Assembly: GCA_963841435.1 (NCBI GenBank)
Contig: CAWJCS010000001.1
Coordinates: 256,001 to 320,000 of the forward strand
Reading direction: 5' to 3'
Length of the DNA: 64,000 bases
DNA from: an uncultured delta proteobacterium
GTDB lineage: Bacteria > Myxococcota_A > Polyangia > Polyangiales > Polyangiaceae
Under the pieces are notes generated by a model. It had not been told where the DNA came from, searched no databases, and saw only the letters and a list, made by a program, of their open reading frames with translations. Numbering within the stretch: the first letter of the stretch is position 1; each line of letters opens with the position of its first letter. Positions 10,806 through 20,778 of the stretch are shown piece after piece. Position numbers and translations under genes: made by a program.

Positions 10806-11951
10806 TCAGCCTTGGCGCCCGACGAAGTTGAGCGCGAGCATGCGCCGGTAGTGACCGAAGTAGAGCTTTACCATCGCGAGGAATGCCGTTGCGATGAGCG
10901 GTCCGTAGAGCAGCCCGAGCACGCCGAACGCCGCGAGGCCTCCGAGAATCGAGAGGAATGCCAGGAGATCCGGCATGGCCGCGCCCGCACCGATCAGCTT
11001 CGTCTTGACGACATTTTCGAAAATCCCAGCCTGCGCCAGACAGAAGGCCAGGAACAGAATCGCCTTCAGCGACGAGCCCGTCACGAACAGGTAGATCCCG
11101 AAAGGGATCACCACGATGGAGACGCCGGCGAGCGGTAGGAACGCGAGAATGCTCATCACGGCTCCCCAAAAAAGAGCCGAGGGCAGCCCCGCCGCCCACA
11201 TCGCGATGCCGCAGAGCGCACCCTGGCCGACGCTACCGATCCCGTTGCCGATCAGCGTGCCCTTGGCGACTCGACCGAAGGTCCGCACGAGCATTTCCTC
11301 CTGCTCATCGGGCAGCGGCGACAGCTTGAAGATGAAGCTTTGCAAGCGGTCGGCGTCGATCAGCAAGTAAAAGACGATCACGAGGATGACGGCGATGTGG
11401 ACCGCAAACGCGAACAAGTTCGAAAGGACGCTCCCGCCCACCTCGACGGCGTGCTCGTCCACCACTTGCCCAAATCGCAGCAACAAGGTGTTGACCTGCT
11501 CGGGGGAGATCCGAACCCCCACCGTGGCCAACAAGCGCTCCGCTTCCTCGATCACGCCGGCGGTCGGTCCGCCGCCGCTCGCGCTCGAGCTGAGCATGTT
11601 GGCAAAGGCTCCGTAAGCGGCACCCGCCTGCTGCATCAGCGCGCTCGCCAGGAAGGAGAGAGGCACGGCTACGAGCAGAAGCACGGCCACGGTGACCGTG
11701 CCCGAGGCAAGCCAGCTCTTGCCGCCGAGCCAGGCGCGCAGGCGCAGGTACCAGGGCCGGAACATCGCCACCAACACCATCGACAGCACGATGTCGTGCC
11801 CGAAGGCGGAAAGCGTGTAGGCCAGGGCCACGATCGACGAGACGAAGAGCAGTCCGAAGAACGCCGGCCCAAGTCGGTTCTGATCGAAGAGATCCAGCCC
11901 CTCCTGAGTCGTCAAAACGCGCTTTTGTGCTTCCTTTTCGCTATCGGTCAT
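10806..11951 (-). CDS. AI-2E family transporter
   Basis: Multi-TM; FYLLIDA, SPLP, AFLPLAG, LGGLAAFGVLGLLYGP. Confidence 0.9.
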   Translation of the reverse strand: MTDSEKEAQKRVLTTQEGLDLFDQNRLGPAFFGLLFVSSIVALAYTLSAFGHDIVLSMVLVAMFRPWYLRLRAWLGGKSWLASGTVTVAVLLLVAVPLSFLASALMQQAGAAYGAFANMLSSSASGGGPTAGVIEEAERLLATVGVRISPEQVNTLLLRFGQVVDEHAVEVGGSVLSNLFAFAVHIAVILVIVFYLLIDADRLQSFIFKLSPLPDEQEEMLVRTFGRVAKGTLIGNGIGSVGQGALCGIAMWAAGLPSALFWGAVMSILAFLPLAGVSIVVIPFGIYLFVTGSSLKAILFLAFCLAQAGIFENVVKTKLIGAGAAMPDLLAFLSILGGLAAFGVLGLLYGPLIATAFLAMVKLYFGHYRRMLALNFVGRQG

Positions 11952-12086
11952 GGCGCCTCGACCGCGAGCTTACACCAGCGCTCCGGCCCCCGAACGCCGG
12001 CACGCGCGGGCTGCGCGGTGGCGACTTTTGGCACGATCAGTGCTCGCGCCTCGCCGCTGCGCGCGAGAGAGCTACGCTCGAGCGGG

Positions 12087-12446
12087 ATGCGCGCTCCCTG
12101 GCTTCGCTCACTAGCACTCGTCGCGGGTTGCCTCGCCGCGACGAGCTGCGGCGGCGACGACCAGCCGCTAGCGTGCAAGTTCACGACGCCCACCGAGTGC
12201 GTTCAACCGGCGCCTCGCTACGCCGATGTCGAGCCGATCTTCCAAGGCAGCTGCATCGAGTGCCACAACGGCGTGAAGGGCGAGCAGTGGGCGCTGACCG
12301 ACTACGAGCACATCACGGACTGGTGGGATCTCGTCGAGTACGACTTGAGCAACTGCTCGATGCCACCCGCCGACGCCAAAGTTCCCCTGACGCGAGCCGA
12401 GCGCGAAAAGATCCTGATGTGGCTCCGCTGCGGCTTCCCGCAGTGA
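12087..12446 (+). CDS. Mono-heme cytochrome c-like lipoprotein, copy 2
   Basis: CIECH motif; close paralog of 8086..8448. Confidence 0.75.
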   Translation: MRAPWLRSLALVAGCLAATSCGGDDQPLACKFTTPTECVQPAPRYADVEPIFQGSCIECHNGVKGEQWALTDYEHITDWWDLVEYDLSNCSMPPADAKVPLTRAEREKILMWLRCGFPQ

Positions 12447-12535
12447 CGGTCGGCGAGGCGCGCGACGAGCGCATCGAGAAACCCCGCGCCGCCCGTTGGC
12501 GAGCTGCGCCGCCGGTTTGGCAAAGATATTGCTTG

Positions 12536-13606
12536 ATGCGGCGCGTGAACGATCTTGTGCCAGCGTGGGCCACGCAACGAAGCTTCGGGCTTCGCCTGGG
12601 CTCGCTCGTGTTGCTCGCGCTGGTCGCGAGCTGTGGCTCGAGCAGGAGCGATTCCGCCGTCGGAGGGCCCGAAGCGGGCGACGCCGGCACGGGCGCAGCA
12701 GGTGGTAGCGGAACGGGTAGCGGTGGCACCGCGGGTGGCGCGGGCTCGGCAGGAGGCTCGGGCCAAAGCGGCACGGGCGGCGCGAGTGGTGCGGGTTCGG
12801 GAGGGGGTGCGGGCGATGCCGGAAGCAGCTCGGGCGGAGCCGGCGTGGGTGGCAGCTCGGGTAGCGGCGGTTCGGGTGGGAGCGCCGGCCTCGACTCGAT
12901 GCGCGATCCAATCGAAAACCCGGACGCGTGCCCCGTCATGGACCCGAGCGAAGGCGAGCCGTGCCCCGAATACGGGCTCATCTGCAAATACGGCGACGAC
13001 CCGAACTGCCGGAGTCGCTGGGGCTGCGGCCAGGTCTGTGATCCGGTGTGCACCGAGGCCCTCGGGTGGCAACAGAACTACGGCAAAAGAGATTGTCCCG
13101 GGACGTGCCCAGCGAGCGAGCCCACGGCAGGCGACCCCTGCACTAGTGACTTCACCCTTTGCACGTACGGCGACGACCCCGCTTGCCGGAGCGAGTGGGA
13201 GTGCAAGGGCGGAGCGTGGCGTGTCCTCGTGAAGGCGCGCGACTGCGACGGCTCGGTGAGCTGCCCGGACGAGGCGCCGCTCGCGCTCACCACGTGCGAC
13301 GCCTCCGAAGTGACGCCGTCCGGCGGCCGCTGCGTCTACCAGTACGGCGCGATCTGTACGTGCGATTGCCTCTGGGACCTCGGCGGCGCGCAAGCCTCCG
13401 GCCTCCAGATCCACTGGGACTGCAGCATCCTCACGCCCTACAACGGAGTCCTCGACCCGAGCTGCCCCCTCGGTCTCCCCACGCCGGGCTCCCCCTGCAC
13501 CGGCGACAGCGAGTGCAGCTACCCCGCGGCCGACATCTGCGAGGTCCCGAACAACAATACAACCGTCGCCCGCTGCGTGTCGGGAGCGTGGGAGATCTTG
13601 CCCTGA
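12536..13606 (+). CDS. Cys-rich repeat lipoprotein with Gly-rich linker
   Basis: Lipobox VASC; repeated CP...G.PC...C.YG..C...W.C modules. Confidence 0.75.
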   Translation: MRRVNDLVPAWATQRSFGLRLGSLVLLALVASCGSSRSDSAVGGPEAGDAGTGAAGGSGTGSGGTAGGAGSAGGSGQSGTGGASGAGSGGGAGDAGSSSGGAGVGGSSGSGGSGGSAGLDSMRDPIENPDACPVMDPSEGEPCPEYGLICKYGDDPNCRSRWGCGQVCDPVCTEALGWQQNYGKRDCPGTCPASEPTAGDPCTSDFTLCTYGDDPACRSEWECKGGAWRVLVKARDCDGSVSCPDEAPLALTTCDASEVTPSGGRCVYQYGAICTCDCLWDLGGAQASGLQIHWDCSILTPYNGVLDPSCPLGLPTPGSPCTGDSECSYPAADICEVPNNNTTVARCVSGAWEILP

Positions 13607-13663
13607 GTAGGCCGCGCCGACGCCCGTTACGCTACGGATTCAACGTGCTAGCGTGCCGAGCGG

Positions 13664-14726
13664 ATGACCCGTGGGGCACGTCTTCTGCTGCTCGGGGCGT
13701 CGGTCGTCGGCTGCGCCGCGGCGTGCGGCTCGAGCAACGGGGCGCCGGGCGCGCCGGATGCCGGGGGCGGGCGCCAGGCCGGTGGAGAGGCAGGGCGCGG
13801 CGAGCTCGACGGGGGTGACAGCGGTGGCGGCGCCGGCGGCGCGTTCGGCGAGGCTGGCCTCTCCGGCGCCGGCGAAATCGGCGAAGCTGGGGCCACCGGA
13901 CATGTTCACGGCGTAGTCATCGACTTTGCAACGGCACGACCGTTGCCCGATCGCGAGGTGACGATTGACGGAGCCACCACGCTAACCGACGCGCTCGGTG
14001 GATTCGACCTCACCGTTCGGAATGCGCCGTTCGACGTCGTCATCGCGGAGCCTGACGGAGCGAGCGTGAGCGTGTACGAGGGCCTGCGAAGCTCCGAGCT
14101 GGCCTTGCCCCATGCCTCGTCGGCCACTTCGCCGCCCCCCGCGCACAGCGCCGATATCCAAGGTACCCTGTCGGGCGCCGGCGACTATCCGCTCGACAGC
14201 AGCGAGGGGGCGTCGCTTCACTTTCTCGCCGACCGGGCTGCCAACACACTGCTCGTGCCCTCGTCGTTCGGACCCGACTACGGGCCGATGAGCGTGTTTT
14301 GGGACGGGCCCGAGTCGATCACCGGCAAGCTCGTCGCGCTGCGCTTCTCCGTGGATGACGAAGGGACCATTCACTACCAGGGTGCCGCGGTGAGCGAGCT
14401 GACGCTTTCGGACGGCGAGGTCACCGAACGCGACATCGACCTGGCCGCACCGGTCGAGGGTCGGCTCACCGGCACCATACGGGTTCCCGACGGGCAGAGC
14501 GTTTCGTGTCCTCCAGGTCCCTCCGGAGCTGCTCGAGCCCGAGGATCACCGTGTGATCACGGAAGATACGGCGTTTTCGTTCTCGCCCTTCGAGCGCGGC
14601 GTGCACCGGGTCGCGTTCGAAGCGCCCTTGCCCTCGGCGTTGACGCCGAACGTCTACATTTTCACTGCCCGCTCGAGCGTGGCCTGGTTGACGAACGCTG
14701 GCGGCCCGATCACCACGGCGCCCTGA
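13664..14726 (+). pseudogene. Lipoprotein with carboxypeptidase-regulatory-like beta-sandwich; frame break or deletion near 14505
   Basis: AAAC lipobox; VHGVVID...TDALGGF. After DGQSVS the protein-like sequence continues in another frame (LQVPPELLEPED...NVYIFT...TGA 14726). Confidence 0.55.
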
Positions 14727-14733
14727 GGCGGCG

Positions 14734-15325
14734 TCAACAGTTGCGAACGACCTCGCACTCGCTCGGGAACACGCACCCCTTGTCGGGGACCAGCGCCTCC
14801 TCGCACGCCTCCCATTGTCCGACCGTCAGCCCGCAATCGGCGGGAAACTCGATGAGCTTACACTGCGTCTGATTGTCGTACGTCTTTACGGTGATGTTGC
14901 CGCCCGTAGGTGATGTTGCCGCCCGTACAAGCCGTCTCCTGCCCGTAGCCGCCGCGCAGCCCCTGCGACCAGTCACACAGCATCCCCTTCTCATCGTCGG
15001 TCAGGTCGCCAACGTCTCGGCTCGTGTTGACGTTCGGAGGGTCCGTGATCCCACCCCCCGTGCCGGCGCCTCCCCCGGTGCCGGCGCTTCCCCCGGTGCC
15101 GGCGCTTCCCCCGGTCGCCGAGCCGCCGCTCCCCGCGCCGGCGCCGCCGGTCCCGCCCCCCGTGCCGCTCCCTCCGCTCCCCGCATTGCCGCCCGCGGCC
15201 GACGAGCCACCGGCACCGCCTGAACCGCCAGCGCCGCCCGCCCCAGCCGCATCGTCGTCTCCCCCACCGCAGCCCGCTATCAACAGCGCCACCGACAAGG
15301 CGACGCTCGTCACGCGCACTCTCAT
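14734..15325 (-). pseudogene. Cys-rich lipoprotein disrupted by a 19-bp tandem duplication
   Basis: Lipobox IAGC; ggtgatgttgccgcccgta twice at 14890-14927. Removing one copy joins ORF 14858..15325 to ORF 14734..14994. Confidence 0.8.
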
Positions 15326-15357
15326 GTCCGCAGACCTATCCGCGCCGTCTCACTCCG

Positions 15358-15819
15358 TCAACGCGCTGACCCCCACAGCCGATTCGCGACGTGCAGCTCA
15401 ATCGCGTCGCCGGCGCGGTCGTCACCGAGGCGCGTGAGGAGCGCGCCGAGCTCCGCATGAGGTTCCCGCGGAGCTTCCAGGTGCAGTACCCGACGCATGG
15501 CAAGCTCGGTCTCGCCGCGCGCACCGGCAAGCGTCATTCCGAGCGCGGCCGACGCGCTGAGCGGGGAAAAAACCAGGTTGTCGCGCGCCGCGTGAGTGCG
15601 CGCGAGCGCAAGGTAGAGATCGAAGCCGAGCTGATTGCTCGAAATCGCCGCCCGCGTCGGTGGGGGCCGCTCCTCGGCGTCCCGACCCGTGGGCGCGGGA
15701 GGCGGCGCTACGGGCGGTGCCGGACCGGCAGCGCAAGCAACCGCGAGCTGGCAGGCGAACACCGTCGCGCCCAGCAAAACGACGCGTGGCGAGAGAAGCG
15801 CGGGGAGACGGGAGAGCAT
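15358..15819 (-). pseudogene. Serpin family lipoprotein, N-terminal fragment only
   Basis: SNQLGFDLY...NLVFSPLSASAALGMTLAGARGET..M..VLH...VANRLW, then stop; no C-terminal serpin part follows. Confidence 0.85.
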
Positions 15820-16022
15820 GTTGGTCGTCACGCCTTGCCGGCGGGGCGGGGGAGCGACCAACCCGTAGCGCAGTCGATGCGAGTCGTCAGCAGCCGTCAG
15901 GGCGCGGATCGTACGTGCGACCGCCCATGCCCGGCCTCTTCTCACTACGAGAGTGCTCGAAGCACCGCGGACAGCGCTCGACGCCCCGTCACGGGGGCAT
16001 CGAGCGCCTGGGTGATGCCAGA

Positions 16023-19000
16023 CTAGAAGCTGGCGGTCACGACGGGGACGCCGGGAAGCGATGCGTTGCCCGGCGGGCGGATGCCGCAGAAGCCCAGCGA
16101 GTAGGTGTGTCCGCCGGCTGGGATCTCCGCGCCCCAGGAATACTGGGGCGTGAGCGTCACCGTGCCGCTGAAGCCCGAAGTGTTCAGGTTCCAGTAGTTG
16201 TTCGGATCAATCGTGGTGCCGTTGAGGTTGACCACCGCCGACCAGTTGGTCGTCGCCATGGCCGTGGGGTTGGTGACCACCATCTCCACGCAGTAGCCCT
16301 CGGTCCAGGACGAGTACACGACGTAGCTGCCGTCCAGGCTGCCGCTGCCGCCGCCGCTACCGGAGCACGAGAGATTGGTGCTCTCGACGGACACGTCGTC
16401 GATGTAGAGCACGACGCCTGGGCGCGGCCCTTCCGCGTACAGGACGAGCTCACTGAGCTGACAGTTCGGGATCTCCACGCTGCCGGCGAGCTTGACCCAC
16501 TTGGTACTCGTGGCGGTGCGCTCGGCGACACGGGTGTACTCGGTCGCCGCACCCTGGCAGGTCGAGCGCAGCGTGAGGAGCACCGGCTCGTTCGGATCGC
16601 CCGTGATGCGCGCCCAGAGGCTCGCGGACAGTGTCTCCCCGGGCGTGGCAAGACCGGCCAGGTTGTACTGGGCACCGCTCCAGGCCTGAGTGCGATTGGC
16701 GATACGCAAGCTGCGCGCGCCGCCGTGCTTTTGCAGCGTGGAGGACGAAAGCGACGACCCGAGAGCGGTCCAGCCCGACGTGTTGGACTCGAAGCCCCGG
16801 TTCGTCACCAGCTCCTGCTCGGAAGTCGTGCAGGGGCAGGCCGTGGTCGGCTGCAAAGCGCCCAGCCAGTTGACGCGATACAGCGTGCCACCCAGGCACA
16901 ACCCCGGAAGCTCCGAGGACGTTCCCTGGTCCCAGTAGGGCAGGTTGCCGCTTTGCACGTACTGGTCCCAGCCGGTGAAGAGCGGCACACCCGGCACGCA
17001 GCCGGTGTCGTCCGGCTCCGTGGGACACTCGAGCCCGCTCACGAGAACGCCCGTTGCGTTGCCGGCACTGGTGCTCACGTTGCTCGTGTCGGTCGCCCAG
17101 TAGCTGCTGACGGCGTTGGCGTTGGTGAACCCAATCAGGCCGCCAACCTGGTCCGTCGTCCCGCTCACGGGGCCGATGGAGTAGCTCCCGGAAACCACGG
17201 CGGGGTCGTCGACGAGTCCCACCAGGCCGCCAACGGTCGACCCCGCCCCGCAGAGCTCGGAGGTGAAGCCGCTGGCAAAGCTCGCCGTGATCGTCGAATC
17301 GTGCTCGGCGATCCCGATGAGGCCACCGGTGTTACAGGTGCCGCTGTTGTTCCCCGCGACTTGCCCGATCGAGAAGGAGCCCGTGATCGTGATGCTTTCA
17401 CCGCGACCCACGAGCCCCCCGATGTTGCCGCCCGAAGTGACGACCCTGCCGGTGGAGTAGCAGTTCGTGATCGTCGCGCCCTTGGAATCGCCCACGAGCA
17501 CGCCGGTCATGGCGCCGTCGCCCCCCACTTCCCCCAGGTCGCCGACCACGCCGAGGTTGCGAATGTTCGCACCCCTGACGCCACCGAAGAGGCCGCTCTC
17601 CATCCCGCGGTTGACGTAGAGGTTCTTGATCGTGTGCCCGTTGCCCTCGAAGTTGGTCTGAAAGGCCATGCGCTTGTCGTCGCCCAGGTGACCGAGCGGT
17701 TGCCAGCCAAACCCTCCGTTCCAATAGTCGTCTCCCGCGTCGATGCCCCCGACACCGTCCGTGTTGAAGTCGAGATCAGCGAGGAGCTCGTAGCCGTTGC
17801 ACTCGCGCGCCAGAATGCCGCGCACGATCCGCGGCGGGCAGCCGGAAGCATCTTCGAGCGGGATACCGTCGCCGTAGAAGTCCTGGGTTCGCCGTGAGGC
17901 TCCGCTCGGATCGTAGTTGACGAACGCGAGATCCTCGAGCGTGTTGATGTCGATCAGGCCATCGGAGTCCAGGTCAACGTCGGGCTCGCTGTCGCCGTCG
18001 TCGTCTTGATCGACGAGATCGGCGATGCCATCGTTGTCGAGATCGTCGAGGCTCGGGTCGAGGCTGAGGCCCGAACCCGCCCGGCACGATGCGTTGCAGG
18101 TCGGATTCCAGGCATCGGGGAGACCGTCGAGATCCGTGTCGAGTGACGCGGCCACCTCGTAGGGGAATTGGTCGAGCACGAGCCCAGACCCCGAGCGGCA
18201 CTCTTCCTCACAGCCGTCGCGCCAGAAGTCGATGGCGCCGTCGCCGTCGGTGTCCAACGAAGCTGCCCAATTGTTGGGAAAATCGTCGTCCGCGTCGATG
18301 ACGCCGTCACCGTCGCTGTCGCGCACGATGACGCCCCGGATGCGAAGCGCCGGCACCTGCAAGGCGGTACCGAAGTCCCACGCCGGTTGGCCGTCGGAGT
18401 TGAGAGTGGCATCCCAACCCGCAAACAGCCCCGGCCGGCAGCCGGTGTCCCCCACCGAGGTTGGGCACTGGAGATCCGCGAGCGTAACGGCGGTCGCCTG
18501 GTCCCCACTAACGCTCGTCTTCTCGTAGCCCGTGGTGTCGGTCGCGTAGAAGCTCGAAACGAAGGTCCCCTGGCCGACGCCGAGCATGGCTGCCCCGGGA
18601 GCCGAGTCGCCGATCACCGCGCCCGAGATGTAGCTGTTGCGAATGAAGGGCGAGCCCACGCTCTCTCCAATCAGCCCTCCAAAGTGGGCCCCCTCGCCGA
18701 CGGAACCCGCCACGTAGCTATCTTCGATGCCGCCGTCGGTCATGTAGCCCACCAGGCCACCGATGTAGCCGTGATACCGAGACGAGACCGTCTTTCCGAG
18801 GACGAAGCTCCGCGCGACGAAGCAATCGTCCGCCTGCCCGATGAGGCCGCCTATCTCACCGCTCGGCTGCACCAGCAAGTCGGTGTAGCTCTCTTCGAGA
18901 TCGCTCCCGCTGCAGTTTCCGACGACCCCTCCGATCATTGATTCGCCGCCCGAATAGATTCTCCCTCGCTCCACGGACACTTGCGTGACGAAGCTCGCGC

Positions 19001-19613
19001 CGAGGGCAGCGCCGGCCAGCGTGCCGGTGTTCGGCCCCACGTCGTCCAGGTCAACGTCCACCAGATGCAAATTGAAGACGTCGGCTCCGTCGAGCACCGA
19101 AAAAAGGCCACCCGGAATGCCCCTGTCGAACTGCGGATAGTTCATAAGGCTTCCCCCGTAACCGACCTGCGTCAGGTGGCTGATCGTGCGGCCACCCCCG
19201 TCAAAGGTAGCTTGCAGCGTCGGAATCGGCTCCCAGCCGTCCCGCGAGATGTGGGTGAAGAAGTCGTCGTCGTCGTCAACGGTGCCGTTCCCGCTCGTAT
19301 CGAAATCCAGGTCATTTATCAGCACAAAACCGCTGCATCCCGCCGCGGGGCAGCCGCTGGTCATGCCGTAAATGTTGTCGCCGAGCGGCGCATTCCGGAT
19401 CGCATCGAGATCCTCGAGATCGTAAATCTCGATCAGCCCGTCCCCGTTCGCATCGGCCAGTGGCCGGGTGCTCGCCGCAAAGGTGCTCGTCGCGAAGCTT
19501 GCGACCAGCAAGAACGCCTTGACTGCGATCGCAACGCGGGAGCCCCCGCCACGACGCACACACGCCCGCACCCGAACCCCATTCATTTTTACCATGTCGT
19601 CTCCTGGCGGCAC
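16023..19613 (-). CDS. Large secreted protein: two GLUG-like beta-helix modules, TSP3-like Ca-binding repeats, CBM4/9-like and C-terminal CBM2-like domains
   Basis: DGLI(E/D)I..LEDL twice, GGLVG repeats, DxDGDG repeats, LVTNRGFES...YIDDVSV, and SSWTEGYC...NW...WN...GFCG. Start may be 19595. Confidence 0.8.
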   Translation of the reverse strand: MPPGDDMVKMNGVRVRACVRRGGGSRVAIAVKAFLLVASFATSTFAASTRPLADANGDGLIEIYDLEDLDAIRNAPLGDNIYGMTSGCPAAGCSGFVLINDLDFDTSGNGTVDDDDDFFTHISRDGWEPIPTLQATFDGGGRTISHLTQVGYGGSLMNYPQFDRGIPGGLFSVLDGADVFNLHLVDVDLDDVGPNTGTLAGAALGASFVTQVSVERGRIYSGGESMIGGVVGNCSGSDLEESYTDLLVQPSGEIGGLIGQADDCFVARSFVLGKTVSSRYHGYIGGLVGYMTDGGIEDSYVAGSVGEGAHFGGLIGESVGSPFIRNSYISGAVIGDSAPGAAMLGVGQGTFVSSFYATDTTGYEKTSVSGDQATAVTLADLQCPTSVGDTGCRPGLFAGWDATLNSDGQPAWDFGTALQVPALRIRGVIVRDSDGDGVIDADDDFPNNWAASLDTDGDGAIDFWRDGCEEECRSGSGLVLDQFPYEVAASLDTDLDGLPDAWNPTCNASCRAGSGLSLDPSLDDLDNDGIADLVDQDDDGDSEPDVDLDSDGLIDINTLEDLAFVNYDPSGASRRTQDFYGDGIPLEDASGCPPRIVRGILARECNGYELLADLDFNTDGVGGIDAGDDYWNGGFGWQPLGHLGDDKRMAFQTNFEGNGHTIKNLYVNRGMESGLFGGVRGANIRNLGVVGDLGEVGGDGAMTGVLVGDSKGATITNCYSTGRVVTSGGNIGGLVGRGESITITGSFSIGQVAGNNSGTCNTGGLIGIAEHDSTITASFASGFTSELCGAGSTVGGLVGLVDDPAVVSGSYSIGPVSGTTDQVGGLIGFTNANAVSSYWATDTSNVSTSAGNATGVLVSGLECPTEPDDTGCVPGVPLFTGWDQYVQSGNLPYWDQGTSSELPGLCLGGTLYRVNWLGALQPTTACPCTTSEQELVTNRGFESNTSGWTALGSSLSSSTLQKHGGARSLRIANRTQAWSGAQYNLAGLATPGETLSASLWARITGDPNEPVLLTLRSTCQGAATEYTRVAERTATSTKWVKLAGSVEIPNCQLSELVLYAEGPRPGVVLYIDDVSVESTNLSCSGSGGGSGSLDGSYVVYSSWTEGYCVEMVVTNPTAMATTNWSAVVNLNGTTIDPNNYWNLNTSGFSGTVTLTPQYSWGAEIPAGGHTYSLGFCGIRPPGNASLPGVPVVTASF

Positions 19614-19651
19614 GGGTAACCGAATTCATCTCCGGATGCAACACTCGATTG

Positions 19652-19669
19652 GGTGAGAGCGCTCACACC
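19652..19669. promoter_or_regulatory. LacI-family-like operator palindrome
   Basis: ggtgagagc|gctcacacc: 8 of 9 symmetric pairs, central AGCGCT, in an AT-richer intergenic stretch upstream of the CBM gene. Confidence 0.55.
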
Positions 19670-20025
19670 ATGCAACGATTCGTTGAAAATCAAACGACGT
19701 GCGCGCGCGGCCCAACGGCCTCGACTCGGCCGTCACCATGCGACGCGGCAACGCAACCAACCGCGTGAACGCCGCGTGCGATTTTCCGGCCGGCCCACCG
19801 AGGGACGCTCAGCGTCGTCGACGCTGACGCAGTTCGAGAAACGCGCGAGCCGTTTTCGACACAGCAGGTCAGCGTGTTGCTGGCCCACCGCCGTAGGGGC
19901 ATCAGCAGAGCGAACGGGAGCAAGAACGCAAACGCGCAAGTCCATCGCTTGAGTGCTGGTAGCGCTGCCCCGGGCGGTTTTTCCCGCTCCCCGGCGCGGC
20001 GCCGAGCTTGGGCTAAGCTCCAGCC

Positions 20026-20778
20026 GTGGCCGGGCGTGTCGCACCTCCGAGACGAGCTCGACGCACGGATGGCCGAAATCCGCACGCGGGCGCAGGCGCT
20101 GTCGCGTTTTTGCTCGCCGGTGCGCTCGGCTGCGCGCCGACTGCGCAGAGGGGCTCGGTCGAGATCCCGGGCCCGGAGCTGCCGCCCGCAGTGCTGGCCG
20201 GTGACGGGGCGCTCGACTGTTCGATCAGCAGCCGAGAGAACGGCCATCAAAAGCTTGCCCTGGCGGGTGGCCAGGGGCTCGAATTCAACGTCGAGGTCAG
20301 TCCGATTGTCGACGGCGTCGTGGAAACTCACGGGGCGGGCGCGGGCGGGTCGTACCGCTTCACCTCGCATCTCGCCAAGAGCGGCCCGGGAACGCTGAGC
20401 GGCGTCGGCCCCGTTACCATCGAGAAGCTCGAGACCAAGGTCAACGTGGCGATGCAGCGCTACGAACAGCCGAACGGCCCCGGAACCGAGCTCACCTTCC
20501 GCTCGGACGACATGTCGAACAAAGGCATGTACGTCGAGTTTGCCGGCGTCGCCGCCGCACGAAATGGCGATCACTACGCCTTTCGCATCACGCTCGGCAC
20601 CGCGGGCGCAGGCTCTGGCGGCCAGGTGACTCCGGCGAGCGATGCCGAGAGCGCGCCCATCGCGGCCAAGGTCGTGGAGATCCGGGCACCGACGACGACG
20701 GTCGTTACGGGGCCGACCCGCGTCGTCGTCGTCCCGAAGCCGACGACCATGGAGACTCGCATCAACAGGGTCCCGTGA
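20026..20778 (+). CDS. Hypothetical lipoprotein
   Basis: LAGALGC lipobox; beta-rich body; stop overlaps the next start (GTGA). Start uncertain. Confidence 0.6.
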   Translation: MAGRVAPPRRARRTDGRNPHAGAGAVAFLLAGALGCAPTAQRGSVEIPGPELPPAVLAGDGALDCSISSRENGHQKLALAGGQGLEFNVEVSPIVDGVVETHGAGAGGSYRFTSHLAKSGPGTLSGVGPVTIEKLETKVNVAMQRYEQPNGPGTELTFRSDDMSNKGMYVEFAGVAAARNGDHYAFRITLGTAGAGSGGQVTPASDAESAPIAAKVVEIRAPTTTVVTGPTRVVVVPKPTTMETRINRVP

